Shown: piece by piece, positions 1 through 10,900 of the stretch
How the letters are laid out: each line of letters begins with the position of its first letter
Numbering within the stretch: position 1 is the stretch's first letter
From: Mobula hypostoma
Taxonomy: Eukaryota
Assembly: GCF_963921235.1 (NCBI RefSeq)
Contig: NC_086101.1
Location: 12,030,001-12,094,000 of the forward strand
Direction: 5' to 3'
DNA length: 64,000 nt
Translations under genes and position numbers: made by a program
The notes under the pieces: generated by a model
What the model was told of the DNA's origin: nothing
The model's database searches: none
The model's input: only the letters and a program-made list of their open reading frames with translations

Positions 1-195
1 AACCAGAGGGTGGTGTATCTGGAATTCACTGCCACAAAAGCTGTGCAGGTCATGTCATTGGGTAAATTTAAAGTGGAGGTTGATAGGTTCTTGATTAGTA
101 AGGGCATCAAAGGGTACAGGGAAAAGGCTGGAGCGTGGGGTTGAGAAGGAAGCTAAATCTTTATGGACTAATTCTTCTTCTATGTCTTGAGGTTT
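1..195 (+). mobile_element. CR1 LINE 3' end fragment
   Basis: Same 3' end as other CR1 copies (tggaattcactgccac...gataggttcttgattag...aattct..ttctatgtctt). Confidence 0.7.
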
Positions 196-929
196 TATTG
201 GATGGGATGAAGAACCATTAACAAGGCTTTTGCTTCTAACTTATTACCTCAGTTAGGCATGCAGCCTCTGGTTACTTGGCTGTGGAAGTGTTAACTAATG
301 TGGGCAAGTCTGGGCCTTGTTGGACTCACTAAGGCCTCGTGACAGGAAATAATGCCTAAAAGGAAAAACTTAATGCTATTGTAAATCTATTACAGCTTAT
401 TGGGAAGTGTCTGGAGTTTGTCTCACTGATCCAGTGGTAATGTAATATCCACATTCCCTGATTTAAGTCTCACTGATGCAAGGGTGATGGCTCTCCTTCG
501 TAAACTGTAGCAGAGTGCTTTGATAGTAATTAATTTTAAATCTTGATCATTTTATTACCTCGGGCTTATGGTGGGATGGAAATTTGATAAGTGGAGCTAT
601 GATCTTACTGAATGTCACTGCCACTTTTTATAATACTGTTTATTTTGTAAATATATGCTGGTATTTGTGCATTCCACATTTATTCCACATCTGTACTTCT
701 AACTTTATTTTAATATAAATCTTTATTGATAATTGTTGAAAGTTGTTTTTTTTGTTGCCTATCGTGCCAGCTCGCCTAATACACGTGAGTGTATATGGAG
801 AACAAAGTTGATCCCGGAATCATCTTCCACAAGGAATTGAAGCACTTGCCACTGCTGGTGTGCGCTTCAAATTCAGAAAGGCAAGATATCGAACTATTCC
901 GTAAATTGTGGAATAGTTGAGTAACTGTT

Positions 930-1333
930 ATTGATAGATCATTATGATTGTGGTGAGTGGTAGGGTGGAGATGCGTCTCAACCCAAGGAGGTGTGAGGTG
1001 CTCCTTCCCTCTGCTAGCCTGCGGCTCACCCTTGGGCAAGGTGTGGCACCTGCTTACCACCACCGCCCCCTCTCTCCCACCACTTCCTCCATTTAGGGTC
1101 ACATAAAGCCATGAGAGCAGGTGGTGCATATCAGAGTCCTGGTTATGTGGCCACTGACGCCGGGCAGGCAATCTCTGAAGAGTACTGATAATGGCTGGAG
1201 TCACCCGTTGTGTAAAGGCACTGCTCAGAAGAAGGCAATGGCAAACCATTTCTGTAGAAAAATTTGTCAAGAGCAATCATGGTCATGAGAGCATGATCAC
1301 TTATGCCATACCGTACAGCACATAATGATGATG
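930..1333 (+). mobile_element. SINE or non-LTR 3' end (RTE-like tail)
   Basis: atggcaaacca..tctgtagaaaaatttg motif ending in a (gat)n tail; family inferred. Confidence 0.45.
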
Positions 1334-1908
1334 AATTTGATATTGTAAATTCAAGGGTTCTCTCCTCTGGCAATTGGTTTAATATTGTACAGTGAGAAGC
1401 TCTGTGAACCACTCAGCCAGGTCGTTCCACATGTAAGTACATGAAGGTAGTACAAGAGGAGAAGCAATTGACTTAAATATATTGATTCAGTTACAGCAAC
1501 AGTGCAGGTCGTCAAATAAGGTGCAAAAGCCATGACGATGTAGACTGACTGATCAGCAGCTCTTTATTGTACAAAAGGCCCATTGAAGAGTAATTTAAAA
1601 TATGGAGTTGTCCCTGTGCCTGGTGGTGCATTCTGTCAAGCTTTTGTATCTTCTGCCCAATGGAAGTGTGGATAAGGGGTGGGAAAAGTTTTTGATGGTG
1701 CTGTCTGCGTTCCCGAGGCAGCTGGTAGTGTAGATGGAGTCAGCAGAAGGACGTTGGTTTCCAAGATAGACTCGGGCTGTGTTCACAACTCTTGTGGCCT
1801 CAGGCAGAGCGATCATCACCCCAAGCTCTGCCAAGTTCCTCAGTGTCCCGGCTGTAGCTGCTCTGCTGAATGATCAATAACGCTCACTGTTCTTTCTCCG
1901 TTCCATAG

Positions 1909-1983
1909 CTGCCAACACGGAGGAAGAGGCCACTCAGGTGTACACCAGTGACTGTCCAAGCTTCAACCAAGAACCTCAAGGTG
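1909..1983 (+). CDS. MDC1: MDC1 internal exon, phase 1-1 ([24 protein letters not shown])
   Basis: Polypyrimidine tract and ccatag acceptor, G|gtaagc donor, 75 bp, TQVY motif, similar to the exon at 9725. Confidence 0.8.
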
Positions 1984-4900
1984 GTAAGCGAGGCAGTGCA
2001 AAGCTTTTGCTGTTCAAAGGCTCTCCGTGACCTGCACCAGTAGCTCTGTATGTGTAGTTCAGTCATGGGTTTACTATCGCACAGAAAGAGTCCATTTATT
2101 TGGGAGTTCTCGGGCAGGATTCCCTGAAGGTTAACTTGCAGGTTGAATCGATAGCGAGGAAGGCAAATGCAACGTCAGCATTCATTCTAAGAGGACTAGA
2201 GCAGGGGTCCCCAACCTTTTTGGCACTGCGGACCGGCCGACCGGGGGTGGGGGGGTGGTGGTGGTGGTGTTAGGGTTGCCAACGGACAAGAGTAGCAGTC
2301 AAATACGTTGGGTTTACCCAAAGAAGACGTCAATGACCATGAAGCCTTGCGCGGGCACCAGTGCACATGTGTATACGTGCCGATTTTTTTCTACAAATCG
2401 TTTTTGGGGATTCTGTTCTGTGGGGGGGGGGTTAATCTCAACTGGAATATAGGTGAAAAATGGCTAATACACTCAATTTCGTTTCTAAAAGGGTTTATCT
2501 AACGAATTTAATATTAAACACACAGCGCATATTTTCCTCGCATGAATATAGTGATAAGTCAATTATCAGGGGAGGACAGGGGAGCTTGAAGTAAGTGTTG
2601 AACGAACTTCCAGTAGAAATGGTAGAGGCAGATTCAATATTATCATTTAAAGAAAAATTGGATAGGTATATGGACAGGAAAGGAATGGAGGATTATGGGC
2701 TGAGTGCAGGTCGGTGGGACTAGGTGAGAGTAGCGTTCGGCACGGACTAGAAGAGCAGAGATGGCCTGTTTCCGTGCTGTAATTGTTAGATGGTTATGTG
2801 AGTCAATAGCATCATAACATTTTAAGTAACGTTTGGATATTAAACACACAGCACATATTTTCCCATATGAACATATAAAATCATTGCAACACACCAATAT
2901 CGCTAAATCAGTGGGAGCCCTGGCCTTATTTTCCTGCAGCAAGACGGTCCCATTGAAAGGTGACGGGAGACAGTGATACTCGAAGGGGGTTCCTTATGTT
3001 CAGTTTATTCTGCAATTTAGTTTTCATTGCATTCATTGCAGGGATATGATGTTGGAAATGGAAGCAACGTTTTCAGTGCTTTCCTGACTATCTCAGGATA
3101 TTTAGCCTTGACTTTGATCCAGAATGCCGCAGAGATGTTATGTCAAACATACTTTTCAGCCCACCATCACTTGCAAGCTCGAGCAGTTGATCTCCTTCCC
3201 GCGCTGACATGGATGACACGCGGGTAATGACCTCGCATGCATTCAAGCTCAACAGTGCGTGACAGGGAATGAAGAAAGGTGCAGCTGACTCATATCGCCA
3301 AATCATATTGTTTCCTCGCGGCCCGGTGGTTGGGGACTGCTGGACTAGAGTATATGAGCAAGGCTTTAATTCTGAGGCTTTGTAAGGCATTTGGAATACT
3401 GGGAGCAGTTTTGGGTCCCATGTCTAAGAAAGGATGTGCTGGCATTGGAGAAGGTCCTAAGGAGGTTTATAAGAATAATTGAGGAATGAAAGGGTTAAAG
3501 TATGGGGAGCGTTCGATGACTCTGGGCTTGTGGAGGGGGGTGGTCTCATTGAAACCCATCGAATATTGAAAGGCCTAGCTAGAGTGAATATGGAGAGTTT
3601 AGGGCCAGCGGGCACAACATCAAGATAAAAGGACATCCCTTTAGAAGAGGGATGAGGAAGAATGACTTTTGCCAAAGGGTGGGGAACCTGTGGAATTCGT
3701 TGCCACAGAAAGCGATGGAGGCCAAGCCATTGGGAATATTTAAAGTGAAAGTTGATGGGTTCTTGATTAGTACTAGTGGTTACAGGGAGAAAGGAGAGAA
3801 GGGATTTAGAGGGATAATAGAAACCATAGAAACTACAGCACAGAAACAGGCCTTTTGGCCCTCCTTGGCTGTGCCGAACCATTTTCTGCCTAGTCCCACC
3901 GACCTGCACATGGACCATATCCCTCCACACACCTCCCATCCATGTATCTGTCCAATTTATTCTTAAATGTTAAAAAAGAACCCGCATTTACCACCTCACC
4001 TGGCAGCTCATTCCATACTCCCACCACTCTCTGTGTGAAGAAGCCCCCCCCCAATGTTCCCTTTAAATTTTTCCCCCGTCACCCTTAACCCATGTCCTCT
4101 GGTTTTATTCTCCCCTTGCCTCAGTGGAAAAAGCCTGCTTGCATTCACTCTATCTATACCCATCATAATTTTATATACCCCTATCAAATCTCCCCTCATT
4201 CTTCTACACTCCAGGGAATAAAGCCCTAACCTATTCAACCTTTCTCTGTAACTGAGTTTCTCAAGTCCTGGCAACATCCTTGTAAACCTTCTCTGCACTC
4301 TTTCAACCTTATTTATATACTTCCTGTATTTTGGTGACCAAAACTGAACACAATACTCCAGATTTGGCCTCACCAATGCCTTATACAACCTCATCATAAC
4401 ATTCCAGCTCTTATACTCAATACTTTGATTAGTAAAGGCCAATGTACCAAAAGCTCTCTTTACGACCCTATCTACTTGTGACGCCACTTTTAGGGAATTT
4501 TGTATCTGTATTCCCAGATCCCTCTGTTCTACTACACTCCTCAGTGCCTTACCATTAGCCCTGTATGTTCTGCCTTGGTTTGTCCTTCCAACGTGCAATA
4601 CCTCACACTTGTCTGTATTAAACTCCATTTGCCATTTTTCAGCCCATTTTTCCAGCTGGTCCAAGTCCCTCTGCAGGCTCTGAAAACCTTCCTCACTGTC
4701 TACTACACCTCCAGTCTTTGTATCATCAGCAAATTTGCTGATCCAATTTACCACATTATCATCCAGATCATTGATATAGATGACAAATAACAATGGACCC
4801 AGCACTGATCCCTGTGGCATACCACTAGTCACAGGCCTCCACTCAGAGAAGCAATTCTCTACCACCACTCTTTGCCTTCTTCCATTGAGCCAATGTCTAA

Positions 4901-7900
4901 TCCAATTTACCACCTCTCCATGTATACCTAGCGACTGAATTTTCCTAACTAACCTCCCATGCGGGACCTTGTCAAAGGCCTTACTGAAATCCATGTGGAC
5001 AATATCCACTGCCTTCCCTTCATCCACTTTCCTGATAACCTCCTCGAAAAACTCCAATAGATTGGTCAAACATGACCTACCGCGCACAAAGCCATGTTGA
5101 CTCTCCCTAATAAGTCCCTGTCTATCCAAATGCTTGTAGATTCTGTCTCTTAGTACTCCCTCCAATAACTTACCTACTACCGACGTTAAACTCACCAGCC
5201 TATAATTTCCCGGATTACTTTTCGATCCTTTTTTAAACAACGGAACAACATGAGCCACTCTCCAATCCTCCGGCACCTCACAGCGACATTTTAAATATTT
5301 CTGCCAGGGCCCCCGCAATTTCAACACTAGTCTCCTTCAAGGTCCGAGGGAACACTCTGTCAGGTCCCGGGGATTTATCCACTTTAATTTTCCTCAAGAC
5401 AGCAAGCACCTCCTCCTTTTCAATCTGTACAGTTTCCATGATCTCACTACTTGATTTCCTCAATTCCATAGACTTCATGCCAGTTTCCTTAGTAAATACA
5501 TACGCAAAAAACCTATTTAAGATCTCCCCCATTTCCTTTGGTTCTGCACATAGCCGACCACTCTGATCTTCAAGAGGACCAATTTTATCCCTTACAATCC
5601 TTTTGCTCTTAATATACTTGTAAAAGCTCTTTGGATTATCCTTCACTTTGACTGCCAAGGCAACCTCATGTCTTCTTTTAGCCCTCCTGATTACTTTCTT
5701 AAGTATTTTCTTGCACTTCTTATACTCCTCAAGAACCTGATTTACTCCCTGTTTCCTATACATTTCATACAACTCCCTCTTCTTCTTTATCAGAGTTGCA
5801 ATATCCCTTGAGAACCAAGGTTCCTTATTCCTATTCAATTTGCGTTTAATCCTGACAGGAAGATACAAACTCTGCACTCTCAAAATTTCCCCTTTGAAGG
5901 CTTCCCACCTACCAGTCACAACTTTGCCAGAGAACAAACTGTCCCAATCCACGCTTTTTAGATCCTTTCTCATTTCTTCAAATTTGGCCTTCTTCCAGTT
6001 CAGAACCTCAACCCTAGGACTAGATCTATCCTTGTCCATGATCAAATTGAAACTAATGGTGTTATGATCACTGGAACCAAAGTGCTCCCCTACACAGACT
6101 TCCGTCACTTGCCCTAACTCGTTTCCTAACAGGAGATCCAATATTGCATCCCCTCTAGTTGGTCCCCCTATATATTGATTTAGAAAACTTTTCTGAACAC
6201 ATTTTACGAACTCGAAACCATCTAGACCCCTAACAGTATGGGAGTCCCAATCAATGTATGGAAAATTAAAATCCCCTACCACCACAACTTTATGTTTCCT
6301 GCAGTTGCCTGCTATCTCTCTGCAGATTTGCTCTTCCAAGTCTCGTTGACTATTGGGTGGTCTGTAATACAATCCCACTAATGTGGCCGTACCTTTCCTG
6401 TTTCTCAGCTCCACCCATAAGGACTCAGTAGACAAGCCCTCTAATCTGTCCTGCCTGAGCACTGCTGTAATATTTTCCCCTAACAAGCAATGCTACTCCC
6501 CCACCTTTCATTCCTCTGCCTCGATCACATCTGAAACATTGGAACCCTGGAATATTAAGCTGCCAGTCCTGCCCCTCCTGTAGCCAAGTTTCACTAATTG
6601 CTATAACATCATAATTCCACGTGTCAATACACGCCCTCAACTCATCCACCTTCCCCGCAATACTCCTAGCATTAAAATAAATCAGCCTTGATCAAATGAC
6701 AGAGCAGACTCAATTCTCCAAATGACCTAATTCTGCTCCTATGTTTTATTGGGCCAGATCCGAACTCTGACCAGTCTCTGCCTATTTATTCCTTTTAATT
6801 TCTGTTCTGTTTAAGCATCCTTATCTACAGGCACTTGCTCATGTTCTCACTGGATGCTCTTGACACATAGCTCTTGTAAGTCATGTGTTCAACTCATGGA
6901 CCATCTTTGAGTTTCATTAAATAAATATTGGCAAGGCCGGTCATCTCACAAAATTGTAACTACCACCACTTCCAATATTTGCTGTAGTTCCCACCCCATC
7001 CCCTGAGAGGCTGAACCATCTTCTGATGCACAGCTCTGTCCCCATGCTTGTTCTTAACACATTCAATACTTTCCATCTACTTTCTGAGGCAGGTACCCAG
7101 CATTGTGGGAACTGAGCCTAGAATCAAGTCTTCAGCAACTGAGCATAGAATAGTACAGCACAGTACAGGCCTTTTGGCCCACAATGTTGTGCTGACCCTT
7201 AAACCCTGCCTCCCATATAACCCCCCCACCTTAAATTCCTCCATATACCTGTCCAGTACTCTCTTAAATTTCACTAGTGTATCTGCCTCCACCACTGACT
7301 CAGGCAGTGCATTCCACGCACCAACCACTCTCTGAGTAAAAAACCTTCCTCTAATATTCCCCTTGAACTTCCCACCCCTTACCTTAAAGCCATGTCCTCT
7401 TGTATTGAGCAGTGGTGCCCTGGGGAAGAGGTGCTGGCTGTCCACTCTGTCTATTCCTCTTAATATCTTGTATACCTCTATCATATCTCCTCTCATCCTC
7501 CTTCTCTCCAAAGAGTAAAGCCCTAGCTCCTTTAATCTCTGATTCTAATCCATACTCTCTAAACCAGGCAGCATCCTGGTAAATCTCCTCTGTACCCTTT
7601 CCAATGCTTCCACATCCTTCCTATAGTGAGGCGACCAGAACTCGACACAGTACTCCAAGTGTGGCCTAACCAGAGTTTTATAGAGATGCATTATTACCTC
7701 GTGACTCTTAAACTCTATCCCTAGACTTATGAAAGCTAACACCCCATAAGCTTTCTTAACTACCCTATCTACCTGTGAGGCAACTTTCGGGGATCTGTGG
7801 ACATGTACCCCCAGATCCCTCTGTTCCTCCACACTACCAAGTATCCTACCATTTACTTTGTACTCTGCCTTGGAGTTGTCCTTCCAAAGTGTACCACCTC

Positions 7901-10900
7901 ACACTTCTCCGGGTTGAACTCCATCTGCCACTTCTCAGCCCACTTCTGCATCCGATCAATGTCTCTCTGCAAACTTTGACAATCCTGTACACTATCTACA
8001 ACACCACCAACCTTTGTGTCGTCTGCAAACTTGCCAACCTACCCTTCTACCCCCACTATAACAGGAAATTTTAAAAAAGCATGCTTTTTAAAAGGACTAG
8101 CACACAATTTGCTGGGTAGATTTTGGCAGGTCAAGCAGCATCTGTGGGTGATGGAGTGGGGGAAAGAACTGTTAATATTTCCAGTCAAAGCCCTGCACCA
8201 GTCCCGAAATGTCGACAGTTGCTTTCCCCCACAGATGCTGCTTGACTCGCTGAGTTCCTACAACAGATTCTGTGTTGGTCCAGATTCTGAATCAGAATCA
8301 GGTTTTGTATCACTGATATCTGTTGATTTGTGGCAGCAGTACAGAAAATATTTTTTAAAACATCTATACAAGGAACATAAAAAAAAATAATTTGTAGAAA
8401 ACGAGTGCAAAAATATTATGCCTTGTTATTGTTTTAGCTTATCCTAGCTAAATGCAGTGATCTGTATGAACAGTTGGCAAAACAAGCTTTTCACAGTCTT
8501 GGAAAATATGACAAACATAAACCAAAACCAATACCAGTTATTGTGTCTTGAGCTACAATGAAAGGTACCGTTCTGAAAGTACAAACGTTTGTACATCGAG
8601 TAGTGGAAGTGATAATGAAATCAGGTTTAATATCACCGGCATATGTCGTGAAATTTGTTGTTTTGGGGCAGCAGTACAGTGAAATACATAATAAGGTCTC
8701 TAAATTTCAATAAGAGGTGTATATAAAAACAAAAAAAACATTGTTTTAAAAGAGAGGGAAGGTGGTGAGGTAGTGTTAATGGGTTCATTGTCCATTTAGA
8801 GGCGAAGAAGCTGTTCCTAAATCATTGAGTATGTCTTCAGACTCCTTTACTTCCTCTCTGATGTCAGTACAGGTTTCCCCCGCTGTCCGAAAGTAGAGCA
8901 TTCCTATGAAACCTTTCATAAGCCAAAGTGGCGTAATGCGAAAAACCAATTACCATTAATTTATATGGGAAAAAATTTTGAACGTTCCCAGACCCAAAAA
9001 ATAACCTACCAAATCATACCAAATAACACAGCAAACCTAAAATAACACTAACATATAGTAAAAGCAGGAATGATATGATAAATACACAGCCTACATAAAG
9101 TAGAAATAATGCATGTACAGTGTAGTTTCACTTACCAGAATCGGGAAGACAGCGAGCACACTGGAAGGTTCATGCATTTTTCTATCATATAGTTCTTCGT
9201 AAGCACTCAAAACACCCTGCAAACCTGCCCTAAACCTACGTGCCCTTTCAAAATTAAAGTCTTACTTTCTACAGTCATTGCAGCACTGTCAATTGTAGTG
9301 AAAATCTCACGCAGTTCAAAGCTATGGCAGCTTGTTACTGAATGTAGTTCCCAGGGAAGGAGCTTGGCGGCGCGACTCTCGCTGCTCGGGCTGCCTCTAT
9401 AATGGCTCGCTGCAAAACAGACGCTGAACGCTGTTTTCGCTTTTCGCCTTTTTTTGTAAAAGCGAAAATCCTCTTCGGATTTCTTTCGGTTCGTGAAAAC
9501 AGGTACTAATGTAGATCTTTCGTAAAAGCAAAGTGGCTAAAGTGAACTTTTGAAAAGTGGGGGATACTTGTATTAAGAAGAGGGCATGTCCTGGGTGATG
9601 GGGTCCTTAATGATGGATGCTGCCTTTTTGAGGCATTGCCTTTCCAGCCCCCACCTATCAGAAGGATCTGATTTGACACACATGGGCCGAGTCTTGATGC
9701 GAAGCTTCCTTTGCTCTTCCACAGGTAACCCTGCGACAGCGCCAGACAACACAGAGGAAGAGGGCACGCAGTTATTTACTTTCCGGTCTCCGACTTTCAG
9801 CAAGGGCCATGCCAAAAGTAAGTTCTGAGGTAAACACACCCAGAGTGGAGGGATCCAGAACTTTGGTTAGGCCACATGTGGATACTGATCTAGATGTGAA
9901 TGTGGTATCTGTGGACAATGATGTGTGTAGGGATGGCATGAAATGGTGTTGGAGCAAAATTTAGTTTTTCACTGGGTAGCAACTCAGAAACAGGTTTAAC
10001 ATCACTGACATACATTGTTGTTGTCAGTGATTAACTGGATTCTGAAAACTTGCACTTGTTCCTCAATCATTCTTTATTTAGTTGTGCACAAGAACAGCAG
10101 CACAGCCCTTGTTGTCAAACTGTTCTAAAGCTTGTCATTTTTATACAGAAATGGACCAGCTGGTTACAGATGCAAACACGAGGAAATCTGCAGACGCTGG
10201 AATTTCAGGCAACACACATAAAAGTTGCTGGTGAACGTAGCAGGCCAGGCATCATCTCTAGGAAGAGGTACAGTCGACGTTTCGGGCCGATGACAAAGGG
10301 TCTGGGCCCAAAACGTCGATTGTACCTCTTCCTAGAGATGCTGCCTGGTGTTAAGCTGGTTACAGATATTGACCAGTTGGTAACTTTGTGCTTGTTTAAA
10401 TTCCTTATTTGTATAATTAGTCACCAATAGCACTGCAATATTACAAGTATTGATGAACAGTAGAATCTACATGGTGAAGGCCAGTGATATTTTAGAAGTG
10501 GTAAAGGAACTGCTCAGTAGTCATTATCACCCAAGGATCCTTTGATTATCTTGACTCTGACTCTCGTCCTGTGCTGTGCAAAGGCTGTCCTATGCTCTTC
10601 CAAGACTTTCCTTTCCTGAGTTAATTGCACACTATCTATCTTTAACCTATCCTCACAAATACATTATCTTAACCATTGCCTTGTCACGACTTCCATACTA
10701 TGAAATTTATCGTTTTGAAGCAGCTGTACAGTGCAGCACATAAAAAAGTTACAATGAGAAATATATAAAAAGTAAATAAATAAGTACGAAAAGAGCAAAT
10801 TCGCGAGGTAGTGTTCAAGGGTTCAGAAATCTGAGAGCGGAGGGGAAATAACCTGTTCCTAAAACATTGAGTCTTCAGTCTCCTGTACTTCCTCCCTGAT

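Noticed and set aside
776..1276. 166-aa minus-strand ORF
   Set aside because: It overlaps a SINE-like repeat and has no recognisable domain.
4008..6649. RT ORFs as a retron, DGR or domesticated gene
   Set aside because: Ordinary CR1 ORF2 with APE endonuclease, 5' truncation, frameshifts and many decayed paralogues in the window.
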